From Nanobdellota archaeon (GTDB taxonomy: Archaea > Nanobdellota > Nanobdellia > Pacearchaeales > GW2011-AR1), in NCBI GenBank assembly GCA_038045365.1, contig JBBSYH010000005.1:12713-64733 (forward strand): a stretch of DNA of 52,021 nucleotides, in the 5' to 3' direction. Below the pieces are notes generated by a model that did not search any database, was not told the origin of the DNA, and saw nothing but the letters and a program-made list of their open reading frames with translations. Of the stretch, positions 33,528-42,929 are shown one piece after another (within the stretch, counting starts at the first letter, position 1; the number at the start of each line of letters is the position of its first letter). A program made the translations under genes and the position numbers.

Positions 33528-33830
33528 TTATTTTTGCCTGAATAAATCAAGCTGTCTTTGTATTATCATTAACTCTTCTTTTCTTGCAACATTTCCAAGC
33601 AGTTCTATTACTCTTTGCAAAATTTCCTGAATTCTAGAATTTTCTTCTTTTATTTGGATAATGTATTTTTTAGTCTGCTGTATTTCAGAAAAGTTTTTCT
33701 CTCTTTCTTTAGTAAATGTTTGTCCAAGAAGAGTTACCCTGTCTTTTAGAAGACGCTGTTTTTCCTCTATGTCGCGTATGCGAGTATTGATTTCTAATGT
33801 AAAATTATCTTGTGTATAAACCCCTTCCAT
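33528..33830 (-). CDS. Small coiled-coil protein
   Basis: 100 aa, heptad-rich. Its stop lies 1 nt from the downstream ATG. Confidence 0.35.
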   Translation of the reverse strand: MEGVYTQDNFTLEINTRIRDIEEKQRLLKDRVTLLGQTFTKEREKNFSEIQQTKKYIIQIKEENSRIQEILQRVIELLGNVARKEELMIIQRQLDLFRQK

Positions 33831-33886
33831 GTTTTTAACAGGGGCTCTGGGTTTAAAATAGTTTTGGATGCAGAAATACGAGAACC

Positions 33887-36217
33887 TTGCAATTTTCGCA
33901 AAACGAAATATATTTAATTATAGAAGATAGAGAATTTCAAGAGCAAAAAATGATATTTAAAGAGGGAAGTCCGCTTTACTCAACTGAAATTGAAAGAAAG
34001 CAAGGAGAGGAGATTATGTATGTAAATTACATGACTGCTCCGTTTGTTCCAAATATAGCAAGCAATCCCAGCGTGATGGCGAGAACAATTGATTTTCTTA
34101 TTGGAAATCAAGGAGTTTCAAGAATAATTTTTGTACAACAGAGGAACTATAATTATCCGTCAGAACAAGTTTTTATGCTCTCTGAAATTGCAAGAATATA
34201 CAATTATTTAGTACAACAGGAAATGCTTCTTTCTCCTGTGAAATTAAGCGTGTTTGGCAATGTACCAGAAGTGCATAGTGATTTAAGCTATATTTTAACT
34301 TTGCTTAAACAAGATCCGTTTGCTTGCTATACAGAGTTAAGAAAGAGAATAAGACTTTTGAGAGAGCAAAATGATTCTGGAGAGGTTATAAACAGAGCAG
34401 GAATAAGTTCTTATATAAGACTTCTTGAAAAGATAGCTAATATGATTGAGGGTACAAAACTTATTCAAATTGCAACTGCGAAAACAGACGGATATTCATT
34501 CGGAAATAGGGAGATTTACAAGACAATTTTCAGGCCAGATGTAATGCCAAATTTTAGTTTTACTAGACTTGTTGCACAATTTCCGCAAGATGCTGAATTT
34601 ATAGATCAGTATGAGATAGAGAGCGAATTTGAAAGTGTTACAGTTAGTATATTGAAAATGAAGAACGATTTAAAATACTTTTATCATTTGATACCTGCAG
34701 AATATTCAATAAGTGAAGAGTACCACATGCTTTTGGAGCTTGCGAGGAATGTTTTAATAGAACATAAGCCAAAAGCGGAAGAATTTACTGATCCAGAGAA
34801 AACACGGCAAGTTTTTTTTAATGTTTCAAGAGATTTACTGGGCGAATTATCAAAAAATAAAGGGATGGAGCTTAGCCATAATGATTTGAACAAACTTGCT
34901 AAAATTTTAGTAAGACATACTATAGGATTTGGACTGATAGAAGTACTTCTCGCAGATAATAAATTGCAGGATATAGTGTTAAATGCTCCAATAGCGCAAA
35001 ATCCTATTTTTGTAAGACATGAAAAATATGATGAATGTGTGACAAATATAATTCCAAGCTATGAAGATGCAGATTCCTGGGCTGCAAAACTGCGTTTGCA
35101 ATCTGGCAGACCATTAGACGAAGCAAATCCTATTTTAGACACTGAATTAATTTTAAGCGAGGGAAGAGCTAGAGTTGCTGCTATAAAAGAACCACTTTCT
35201 CCTTCCGGACTTGCGTATGCTTTTAGAAGACACAGAGATAGTCCATGGACTCTTCCTCTTTTTATAAAAAATAAAATGCTGAATTCTTTTTGTGCAGGAT
35301 TATTAAGTTTTTTAGTTGATGGGAGCAGAACAATGTTAGTAGCTGGAACTAGATCAAGCGGAAAAAGCAGTTTGCTTGGTGCGCTTATGCTTGAAGTTAT
35401 GCCGAATGTAAGAACAATAGTAGTTGAAGACACTCTTGAGCTGGGAGTTGATGTAATGAGAAAAGTTGGGTATGACATTTTAAGAATGAAAGTAAGAAGT
35501 GCACTTGTTTCTGGAACAACAGAAGTGGAAGCATCAGAAGGAATTAGGGCGAGTTTGAGACTTGGAGATTCTGCGCTAATTATTGGAGAAGTAAGATCAA
35601 CTGAAGCAAAGGCCTTGTATGAAGCAATGAGAGTTGGAGCGCTTGCAAATGTAGTTGCTGGAACAATACATGGAGATTCACCCTATGGAGTTTTTGATAG
35701 AGTTGTAAATGATATTGGAATTCCAGAGACAAGTTTTAAGGCAACTGATTTAATAATTATAGCAAATCCTGTAAAGACAGCTGATGGATTGCATTCAAAA
35801 AGAAGATTAGTGAGCTTAACTGAAGTAAGAAAACACTGGACAAAGGACCCGCTAATTGAAAAAGGATTTGTTGATTTATTGAAATATAATGTTGAGAAAG
35901 ATGAGCTTGAGCCTACACAAGAACTGATAAATGGAGAATCTGAAATAATTAAGCAAATAGCTGGAAATGTGAAGGGATGGGCTGGAAATTGGGATGCGGT
36001 TTATGATAATATAATATTAAGAGGAAAAATAAAGCAAGAGATTGTTGATGCAGCGGATAAATATAATAAGCCGGAGATTCTTGAGGCTAGGTTTAATGTT
36101 CTTTCAAACAATGCTTTTCATAGAATAAGCGACGAAGTTCGAGAAGAATATGGCTTGCCTTTAAGCGAACATGTTTTTCCAAGATGGAAGAAATGGCTAT
36201 ATGAGAATATAAAATAA
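33887..36217 (+). CDS. Type IV pilus/archaellum-type secretion ATPase (FlaI/PilB/VirB11 superfamily) with a long N-terminal extension
   Basis: C-terminal ATPase core: Walker A GTRSSGKSS, Walker B/Asp box IVVEDTLEL, IIGEVRSTEA, His box GTIHGDSP. About 400 aa precede the core. Start is uncertain (TTG 33887 or ATG 33950). Confidence 0.8.
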   Translation: MQFSQNEIYLIIEDREFQEQKMIFKEGSPLYSTEIERKQGEEIMYVNYMTAPFVPNIASNPSVMARTIDFLIGNQGVSRIIFVQQRNYNYPSEQVFMLSEIARIYNYLVQQEMLLSPVKLSVFGNVPEVHSDLSYILTLLKQDPFACYTELRKRIRLLREQNDSGEVINRAGISSYIRLLEKIANMIEGTKLIQIATAKTDGYSFGNREIYKTIFRPDVMPNFSFTRLVAQFPQDAEFIDQYEIESEFESVTVSILKMKNDLKYFYHLIPAEYSISEEYHMLLELARNVLIEHKPKAEEFTDPEKTRQVFFNVSRDLLGELSKNKGMELSHNDLNKLAKILVRHTIGFGLIEVLLADNKLQDIVLNAPIAQNPIFVRHEKYDECVTNIIPSYEDADSWAAKLRLQSGRPLDEANPILDTELILSEGRARVAAIKEPLSPSGLAYAFRRHRDSPWTLPLFIKNKMLNSFCAGLLSFLVDGSRTMLVAGTRSSGKSSLLGALMLEVMPNVRTIVVEDTLELGVDVMRKVGYDILRMKVRSALVSGTTEVEASEGIRASLRLGDSALIIGEVRSTEAKALYEAMRVGALANVVAGTIHGDSPYGVFDRVVNDIGIPETSFKATDLIIIANPVKTADGLHSKRRLVSLTEVRKHWTKDPLIEKGFVDLLKYNVEKDELEPTQELINGESEIIKQIAGNVKGWAGNWDAVYDNIILRGKIKQEIVDAADKYNKPEILEARFNVLSNNAFHRISDEVREEYGLPLSEHVFPRWKKWLYENIK

Positions 36218-36223
36218 TTTAAT

Positions 36224-36343
36224 TATGTCAAGGAACTTGAAGAAAACCTTGCCTTTCAAGGCAAGGTTGTTCCTTGAGCATCCAAAAGTCCTAAACAGAC
36301 TATGGGCTTTAGCCCATGGTCAAACACAAGGACTTTTTGATTT
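36224..36343. repeat. Structured repeat unit B, copy 2
   Basis: Fills the gap between the convergent stops at 36217 and 36349. Differs from copy 1 by the central GA->TC of the B1 palindrome, one A->G, and one C->T in the B2 stem. Confidence 0.9.
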
Positions 36344-36348
36344 ATAGT

Positions 36349-38490
36349 TTATATTGAGATTAGAGCTATGGCTGCCAAAAGCGAAAGAGAAATTATTGAG
36401 ACAAGAGCAGTTATAATATAGAGTGAAATTCCTCTTTTCAAGTTTTTAGAAAGTTCATATTTTTCTTTTAGAGGGTCTTTTCCAGAATCTATTGTTGCTA
36501 ATGCAGAAGTAAGAATAAAAATAATTTCAATGATGTAGATTCCTATTGCAATCTGGATGAAATATGGAGGTATCATTTGAGAAACGTTAAATATTTCAGT
36601 TATTTTTGAGAAGTTTCCAAGTGAATTTGCATTTTCTGCTAAAGAATTTATTTGAAGAGATGACAGCTTGTTTAAAATTATGGTTATCATTGAAGATAAT
36701 CCTACAATAATTCCTGCAAGAAGAGGAGCTAGAAAAGTCATGTTAGATTTCATATCCGAAACTATTTCTGCAAGAAGATCTTTAAGGCGCTGATTGATTT
36801 TCTGAATGTTTTTTAGGTATTCTGAAATTGACATAAGTGATTGGGATGCAATCTGAAGACCTTTTTTGATTGATTCTACCAATATTTTCATGGAAGTCGC
36901 AATTAAAACAGATGGATAATAAATTATTGCGCCTCTTTTCTTGTCGAATATTGCTTTTTCGACAGACATTCCAAATTGCCTGATGTTTTGATTTACGAGA
37001 GAGAAAAAGCTTTGAGTTGTTTGACCCGTAGTTGATTCTGAAACCTTTGCAAAAATCATTTCTGCAGGTATGCCGTCTCCAAGGCGATTGCCTAATTGGA
37101 AAAGAGAATTTGTAAATTCTTCTTCAAGCAATTTTGTTTTTTCTCTTGCTATTATAAGATCCTTTGTTTTTAATGAATAAGCTGTTGAAAAGAAAACAGC
37201 TATAGAGAGAGGTATGAAAAGGCTTAAAAGAACAGCTACAAGTCCAAATGGCCCCACTTTTCCATCTTGGGTTTCTTTAAAGTCAAAAACGTTTAATTCT
37301 GGAAACAAGCTTAATCCGATTTCTCCAAAAGAATAGTCGCTTTTGAGACCAAGAGGCTCCACAATAAAGCCAATTTGGAATATAAAAGGAATTATTCCGA
37401 TGAGGAATAGCGGGAAAGCATATAAAAATGCTTTTTTCCAGGGTTTCTTTGATATAAATTTTGGATAATCTGGATTTAGTTCAAGAATTGAAGATTCTCC
37501 ATAGCCGCCAGGCCGCTTGAGCAGAACTTCTGATGACATGTAAAAAACAATAAATGGGATTATAACATTAAAGACAATGAAAATATGCTGCCATTTTATT
37601 GTTCCTTGAAGAAGAGTAGAAGCCAGCGGAAGGAGAGCAAGGCCAAGAGTTGGGAGGATTATTCCAAGCATGTAGATGTTTGTAAGAGGGGAGCGTATTT
37701 CTCTCGAGTATTTAAGTGTTTTTTCATAAATTCCGTCAAGAATTACTTGCAGCGCTTTTTCAAGAATTTCAATTCTTTTATTTTCTGATGGTTCGTAAAG
37801 AGAGGATTCAATTAAATGAAATGATTCTATGAATTCTGGAGAGTATTCTCTCCAACTTTGCAAATAATTTTCGAGAGATTGTTTCATTGTAGAAAATTTT
37901 CCTATTTCTACATCATAAAATACTTTTTTGAAATCATTAGCAAGAGGGCCCTTGAGATGCTGAGAAGCAAATTCAACAGCTTTTTCCAAGTTTGAAGTGT
38001 GCTTCATGTAAATAACTATATAGAGGATTGAAGGAACCATCTGTGAAGAAGCACTAAGACGCCATGAGTTTGCCAGTCTTTGAGGGAATGTATATGTGTA
38101 ATAAAAAACAAAAATACTTGCTATTAAGCCGAGGAACAGGAAAAGGAGCTGGAAAGAGCCAGAGATAAAGTAAATCGCAGTTGTAATAAGAATTATTGCG
38201 AGGAAAGAGCCAAGCATTGAAAATAGAGAAAGCCCAATTGCCTGGCTCGGAGTAATTTCTATATTTGCTGAGTCGATATATTTTTGCATTTTTACTCTAT
38301 CTTTTTCTGCAACTTTTATTGAAATTATACTGCCTAAAGACTTTGCCCATTTTTCATAGGAAGATGGTTCCCGATACATTTCTTTTTTGAATTTAGAATA
38401 CTCCTGCGAAACATTTTTTGAGGTAGACAAACTAATTTCCTGCTCTATTCTTTTAGAGTATTTTTTTATAATATCTTCTGTCTGCGCCAT
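36349..38490 (-). CDS. FlaJ/TadC/PilC-like polytopic platform protein (T2SS-F family)
   Basis: 713 aa with two blocks of cytoplasmic helical domain plus TM clusters. Positioned between the pilus ATPase gene and the pilin operon. Confidence 0.65.
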   Translation of the reverse strand: MAQTEDIIKKYSKRIEQEISLSTSKNVSQEYSKFKKEMYREPSSYEKWAKSLGSIISIKVAEKDRVKMQKYIDSANIEITPSQAIGLSLFSMLGSFLAIILITTAIYFISGSFQLLFLFLGLIASIFVFYYTYTFPQRLANSWRLSASSQMVPSILYIVIYMKHTSNLEKAVEFASQHLKGPLANDFKKVFYDVEIGKFSTMKQSLENYLQSWREYSPEFIESFHLIESSLYEPSENKRIEILEKALQVILDGIYEKTLKYSREIRSPLTNIYMLGIILPTLGLALLPLASTLLQGTIKWQHIFIVFNVIIPFIVFYMSSEVLLKRPGGYGESSILELNPDYPKFISKKPWKKAFLYAFPLFLIGIIPFIFQIGFIVEPLGLKSDYSFGEIGLSLFPELNVFDFKETQDGKVGPFGLVAVLLSLFIPLSIAVFFSTAYSLKTKDLIIAREKTKLLEEEFTNSLFQLGNRLGDGIPAEMIFAKVSESTTGQTTQSFFSLVNQNIRQFGMSVEKAIFDKKRGAIIYYPSVLIATSMKILVESIKKGLQIASQSLMSISEYLKNIQKINQRLKDLLAEIVSDMKSNMTFLAPLLAGIIVGLSSMITIILNKLSSLQINSLAENANSLGNFSKITEIFNVSQMIPPYFIQIAIGIYIIEIIFILTSALATIDSGKDPLKEKYELSKNLKRGISLYIITALVSIISLSLLAAIALISI

Positions 38491-38579
38491 TCTTTTTTAT
38501 CAGAAAATTAAACAATAGGATGTTATAAATTATGTGGTTTAGACATTAGATTTAATAATCTTGCAATCTATACAAGCAG

Positions 38580-38735
38580 ATGAAAAAAAGAGGACAAACA
38601 GCATGGGACAACCTTATACCTTGGATAATAGGCATAATTGTGCTTGCACTTGTAGTAATATTTTATATGTCTTTATCAGATAAAAGCACAGGAGCATTGA
38701 AATTTATAAGAGACATATTGAGGTTTGGAAAATGA
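38580..38735 (+). CDS. Mini pilin-like protein with a class III signal peptide (51 aa; below the ORF-track cutoff)
   Basis: Translated by hand: MKKRGQTAWDNLIPWIIGIIVLALVVIFYM... KRG|Q followed by a hydrophobic helix. ATGA overlap with the next gene. Confidence 0.5.
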   Translation: MKKRGQTAWDNLIPWIIGIIVLALVVIFYMSLSDKSTGALKFIRDILRFGK

Positions 38736-39415
38736 AAGGAGAATTGCATTTATCTTATTTAATAGGGGGAGTGATTGCAATTTTTGTATTAATAATGGTT
38801 GGAGCATTTGCATATAGTTTTTTTAGCGGAAAAGCAATTCCTTTCTCCAAATATCTGCCAAGTTTTGATTATGAAAATGAAAAGATTGCAGGTGTGGAAA
38901 GCTTTAGGTATTTAATAAGAGAGGATAAAGTGCAGTATTATGATGGGTTGAAATGGAATAATTTTGCAGAAGACAATATTGAGATTAATGAAAAAAATAT
39001 AGGGGAGAAAGAGATTTATGAAAAACTGAAGAATTTTTATTACAGAAGCAGAGACAGGAAGAAAATTGAAATAGAGAGAGGAATTCATGCAATAATTGAT
39101 CCTGAAATTGTTTATTCTGAGAAATTAGATAAAGAGCCAAACGAAAACAGCAGAGGAGATGCTGTGATTTATGTTTATAAAGATAATAAAGTTATAGGAT
39201 GGTACAGCTTTTCTTTGGAGAATAAGCTAACGCCGCACATTGAGCAACAGATTGAACAGAAAATAAATGAGGAAAAAATTATAGAAGAGGCTTTGAGATG
39301 GAGGGATGAGGCAGAAGAGACAATCAGGATTTCTGAAGTAAATGTGTGCCCAGAGAAAGTTGGAGAATATCTAGTAATAAATTTAAGAGAAGAAAAGGAG
39401 AAATGCAATGAATAA
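38732..39415 (+). CDS. Pilin-like protein (class III signal peptide)
   Basis: 227 aa. MKG|ELHLSYLIGGVIAIFVLIMVGAF at the N-terminus, then a hydrophilic domain. Confidence 0.5.
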   Translation: MKGELHLSYLIGGVIAIFVLIMVGAFAYSFFSGKAIPFSKYLPSFDYENEKIAGVESFRYLIREDKVQYYDGLKWNNFAEDNIEINEKNIGEKEIYEKLKNFYYRSRDRKKIEIERGIHAIIDPEIVYSEKLDKEPNENSRGDAVIYVYKDNKVIGWYSFSLENKLTPHIEQQIEQKINEEKIIEEALRWRDEAEETIRISEVNVCPEKVGEYLVINLREEKEKCNE

Positions 39416-39518
39416 AAATGGAATGATAGCCAGTATAATCAAAGATTATCTCCTTTGGATAATTTTTTTGATTATAGCAGGAGCAGTTGTATGGCTTGTA
39501 ATAAAGAATATTGCGTAA
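39408..39518 (+). CDS. Mini pilin-like peptide (36 aa; below the ORF-track cutoff)
   Basis: Translated by hand: MNKNGMIASIIKDYLLWIIFLIIAGAVVWLVIKNIA*. Its start overlaps the upstream stop (ATGAATAA). The first 16 nt are identical to the start of the gene at 41499. Confidence 0.35.
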   Translation: MNKNGMIASIIKDYLLWIIFLIIAGAVVWLVIKNIA

Positions 39519-39549
39519 TTGTTATAAAGCAGGGTTTCTTTGATTGAAG

Positions 39550-40566
39550 ATGGATAAGAAAGGGGAACTTACATCTACACAGATTGTTAGCATTACAATA
39601 GGAATTCTTGCATTAATAACAATGCTTTTTGCCTTGACATTGATTAAATTCGGAGAATATACTGATGAAGAATTATGCAAGCTGTCTGTTTTAGGAAGAG
39701 CGCATGCTGCTGATTCAATACAAGGAAGTTTGCCACTAAAGTGCAGCACAAAAAAAATATGTTTAACTAGGGGAAAAGGAGATTGCAGTGAAAATTTTGC
39801 TGGAGAAGAGATTGAAAAGATAAAGTTGTCTGCAGACGATACAAAAGCCGCGAGATTAATTGAAGAAGTAAGCGCAAGAGAGATGTATAATTGCTGGAGT
39901 ATGATGGGAGAAGGGAAAATTGATTTGTTTGGAAAATATGCTACAAGCAGGGGATTAGAAGTAACTGACAGCACATGTTTGATATGCTCTAGAGTAGCCA
40001 TTGACAAAGGAATAAGCGAGGATGTAATAAAAAAAGTTGATATTCATAGATATATGAAGGAAGAACTGGTTCCTCAAAGCAAGCTGACTTATATACAGAC
40101 TTTTACAGACAAAGTATCTGGAGCATATCCATCTGTTGATAGAGCAGCATATGAAAATGAAGCAAATTCTTTGAGAGAAGGAGATAGTTTATCTGGGAAT
40201 GGAAGAGAAATTGCACTTTTATTTATGCAGATAAAAGCAACCAAGGCTTCTGAAGTTCTTTCAAATCTTGGAAAAGATGTTTTTTTAATTGCAGCAGGAG
40301 GATATTTTGTTAATTTAGGCGCGAAAGGAGTGGCTGGAGTTCTTGTTGGAAAAGCAATCAGATTTATTTTGTTGCCAGTTGCAATAGGGACTGCGCCCGC
40401 AGCAGCTTTGAATGCATATTCTGGACAAATAACTGCTACAGGATATTGCGGCGAGTTTTCAACGAACGATGAGAAAGCAAAGGAAGGATGTTCAATTGTT
40501 CAGGCAATGCCTTATGATGCAAACAGGATAAATAATTTTTGTAAGTCAATAGAGGGAAATCCATGA
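39550..40566 (+). CDS. Pilin-like protein with an additional C-terminal hydrophobic region
   Basis: 338 aa from the ATG (the track starts at TTG 39544). MDKKG|ELTSTQIVSITIGILALITMLFAL. C-terminal Gly/Ala-rich hydrophobic segments (VFLIAAGGYFVNLGAKGVAGVLVG...LLPVAIGTAPAAAL). Confidence 0.5.
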   Translation: MDKKGELTSTQIVSITIGILALITMLFALTLIKFGEYTDEELCKLSVLGRAHAADSIQGSLPLKCSTKKICLTRGKGDCSENFAGEEIEKIKLSADDTKAARLIEEVSAREMYNCWSMMGEGKIDLFGKYATSRGLEVTDSTCLICSRVAIDKGISEDVIKKVDIHRYMKEELVPQSKLTYIQTFTDKVSGAYPSVDRAAYENEANSLREGDSLSGNGREIALLFMQIKATKASEVLSNLGKDVFLIAAGGYFVNLGAKGVAGVLVGKAIRFILLPVAIGTAPAAALNAYSGQITATGYCGEFSTNDEKAKEGCSIVQAMPYDANRINNFCKSIEGNP

Positions 40567-41093
40567 TAAAAAAAGGGCTTTTAGGCCATACTACCAGCAT
40601 AATTATTGCTGTTATAGGGTTGCTTCTGCTTGGAGCAGGCATATATAAAATGTATGGAATATTTAAGGGAGAAGATGAGAATATGAAAAAGACAATTGAT
40701 TCAATAGAAGGTAAAATTAAGAGACTTGAAGATGGAGATAAAGGAAAATTTTTAGTAAGAGGGAATAATAAGTGGTATGTTACTGGATGGAGCGCTGAGG
40801 AGAAGGGAAAGCCGGATAAATGCTATTTAAACAGCTGCATATGCATTTGCAAAGGCAATATTTTTGCAGGAGACGCGCTTTCTGGGGAAAGCTGCCAAAA
40901 AAAAGGATTTTGCAGAATTTTTGAAGAGAAAAAAGTGATAGTAAAGAGCGATCTAATTTTGAAGGCAGTTTATGCTACAGGAGAAAATTCTGCAGAGGGA
41001 ATAGATTCAAGCGGAATAATTTTTAAATCAAATTTAATTGAAATTGAGGTAAAAAAGGAAAAAGACAGCATAGAGGTTTCATATAGAGAATGA
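40563..41093 (+). CDS. Cys-rich pilin-like protein
   Basis: 176 aa. MIKKG|LLGHTTSIIIAVIGLLLLGAGIY. Cys cluster CYLNSCICICKG...SCQKKGFC. ATGA overlap with the upstream gene. Confidence 0.5.
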   Translation: MIKKGLLGHTTSIIIAVIGLLLLGAGIYKMYGIFKGEDENMKKTIDSIEGKIKRLEDGDKGKFLVRGNNKWYVTGWSAEEKGKPDKCYLNSCICICKGNIFAGDALSGESCQKKGFCRIFEEKKVIVKSDLILKAVYATGENSAEGIDSSGIIFKSNLIEIEVKKEKDSIEVSYRE

Positions 41094-41506
41094 TGAATAA
41101 GAAGGGAGAATCTGATTTTGGAGAGATATTGCTTGATAATACTGTTTATGTAATTCTTCTTGCTATTTTTGTTTTCGGAATTTTTGCATTTGTCTATCAA
41201 TTGAAAAATGGCGCAGTGATATGGGAAGACTACTATGCAAAGGAAGTTTCGAAAGTCTTGAATTTTGCAGAGAAAGGAGACAATATAGAAATAGATGTTC
41301 AAAAAGCAAGCGAAATAGCCGGAAAAAACAGAGTTGAATTAAGTGAAATGTTTTCTTTTAAAGAAAATGATGTATGTGTCAAGTTAAGCAAAATAAAGAA
41401 AACATGCTATGTTTATTTTAATGATATTAAGATTTTAAGCAGCAAAATAAAAGAGGGAACTCCTGTAAATATCTTAAGTATACAAATTGGGGGAAAAGAT
41501 GAATAA
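41090..41506 (+). CDS. Pilin-like protein
   Basis: 138 aa. MMNKKG|ESDFGEILLDNTVYVILLAIFVFGIFAF. ATGA overlap with the upstream gene. Confidence 0.5.
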   Translation: MMNKKGESDFGEILLDNTVYVILLAIFVFGIFAFVYQLKNGAVIWEDYYAKEVSKVLNFAEKGDNIEIDVQKASEIAGKNRVELSEMFSFKENDVCVKLSKIKKTCYVYFNDIKILSSKIKEGTPVNILSIQIGGKDE

Positions 41507-41945
41507 AAATGGAAAATTAGGGGATCAGATTTCATTTTTTTATTTTCTTTTTTTAATGATAATAATTGCTCTTGGAATTGCAGGAGGGGCTTATTTATTT
41601 TATGGGGGAGAGCATGATTTTAGAGAAGGGGAGAGCGAAATTCTTACTTATCTAGTTGAAGAATGTATGAAAGAGAAAGATGTGAAATGGGAGAATTTTT
41701 ATGAAGAATGCGGAATTAGCAAGGGAGCAATGGAAAAAGGGAAAATTATATTGAAGATTTGCAAAGAACAGTGCGGAAAAGAAGAAGTTTTTGTTTTTGG
41801 AAGTAATTTTGAAGCATGCGAGTTTAAAGGAGTATTTTCAAACAAAAATTATCCAAAATGCAGCACCAGAAAAACTGAAGTTAAGGGAATAACCTATGAA
41901 ATAATAGCGGGAAGCAATAATTTTGCGAGGAGACAAAATGAATAG
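41499..41945 (+). CDS. Cys-rich pilin-like protein
   Basis: 148 aa from the ATG (the track starts at TTG 41487). MNKNG|KLGDQISFFYFLFLMIIIALGIAGGAY. 8-nt ATGAATAA overlap with the upstream gene. Confidence 0.5.
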   Translation: MNKNGKLGDQISFFYFLFLMIIIALGIAGGAYLFYGGEHDFREGESEILTYLVEECMKEKDVKWENFYEECGISKGAMEKGKIILKICKEQCGKEEVFVFGSNFEACEFKGVFSNKNYPKCSTRKTEVKGITYEIIAGSNNFARRQNE

Positions 41946-42435
41946 AAGGGGACAAATTGATAAAATAATTTCTGCATTGCCTGTAATGATTTTAATTTTC
42001 TTGTTAATGGCTGTATTTGTTTTGCTTTCAAGCGCCATAAAAGTCTGGAAAGATCCAAACAGAGTGGAGATTTTCAGCTTTTCAGGAGGAAAATTTCTAA
42101 GCGAGATTGTGCAAGTCAATGAAAAAGAATATACTATAATAGATGGTCTTGCAAAAAGTGGAAATACACTTGTGCCTAGCAAGCAAAGCGAAGAAGAGAG
42201 AATTTTTTACAGCAAGTTTAGCAAAGAACTTATTAATTTAGCAGGAAAAGAGTGCATGATATTAAAATCCCCAACAAACTTTTTTTATATTCATGAAGGA
42301 ATTTTTGAAAGCACAGGAAATGAGGTAATATTAAAACATTATAGAGATAATGGGAAAATTTCCAGAATTTTACTAAACGTGGGAAAGAGACCTTATCAAG
42401 TTGAATATTATCATGGAGGATGTTTAAATGAATAA
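41938..42435 (+). CDS. Pilin-like protein
   Basis: 165 aa from the ATG (the track starts at TTG 41923). MNRRG|QIDKIISALPVMILIFLLMAVFVLL. 8-nt ATGAATAG overlap with the upstream gene. Confidence 0.5.
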   Translation: MNRRGQIDKIISALPVMILIFLLMAVFVLLSSAIKVWKDPNRVEIFSFSGGKFLSEIVQVNEKEYTIIDGLAKSGNTLVPSKQSEEERIFYSKFSKELINLAGKECMILKSPTNFFYIHEGIFESTGNEVILKHYRDNGKISRILLNVGKRPYQVEYYHGGCLNE

Positions 42436-42880
42436 GCAAGGACACATACCGACAATTCTTATGTTTGTAATTGCACTTGTTTTGTGCGTAACAAGCCTTG
42501 TTTCTTTTGCTAGTTATGGAGAAGTGGTAAGTGTAGACTCAAAGAAAATTTCAAATGCAATTACCAAAGCAGAGTTTCTTCAAGATTATATTTTAAAGAA
42601 CACAGAGATATCTGGAAGAGAAAGCATTATTTCAGAAGGAGAATTAAGAGATAATTTTAAGAAAATAACTGAAAAGAGGAATATTGAAATTGAAGGTGCT
42701 GGAAATTTCTTTGGAAAAGTCAGAAATGACGAGTTTGAGTTCAGAAGAGAGGGAGAAAGGTATTTTCTGATAATTAAAGGATTGTTTGTTGTTTCAGAAA
42801 ACGGAAATAATAAAATAAAGAGAGAATTTGATGTTTTTATGGAATTTGACGGCAACGGGAGATTATTGAACTCTGCATAA
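42428..42880 (+). CDS. Pilin-like protein
   Basis: 150 aa. MNKQG|HIPTILMFVIALVLCVTSLVSF. 8-nt ATGAATAA overlap with the upstream gene. Confidence 0.5.
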   Translation: MNKQGHIPTILMFVIALVLCVTSLVSFASYGEVVSVDSKKISNAITKAEFLQDYILKNTEISGRESIISEGELRDNFKKITEKRNIEIEGAGNFFGKVRNDEFEFRREGERYFLIIKGLFVVSENGNNKIKREFDVFMEFDGNGRLLNSA

Positions 42881-42929
42881 GATTTATAAACAAAAGATAA
42901 GTAAATATTGTATGTTGTTTGAAAAAGAT

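Noticed and set aside
35059-35478. 139-aa ORF antisense within the pilus ATPase gene. Similar antisense ORFs are at 39522-40007, 16379-16696, 16830-17126, 31249-31572, 30876-31115, 26266-26631, 12871-13381, 11017-11244 and 11492-11698.
   Set aside because: All are nested antisense or out of frame inside stronger genes with recognisable motifs. They have no motifs of their own. They are treated as shadow ORFs.
32620-36343. Repeats as a CRISPR array or MITE
   Set aside because: There is no regularly spaced identical short repeat with unique spacers, and no cas genes. No terminal inverted repeats or target-site duplications were detectable at the unit boundaries.
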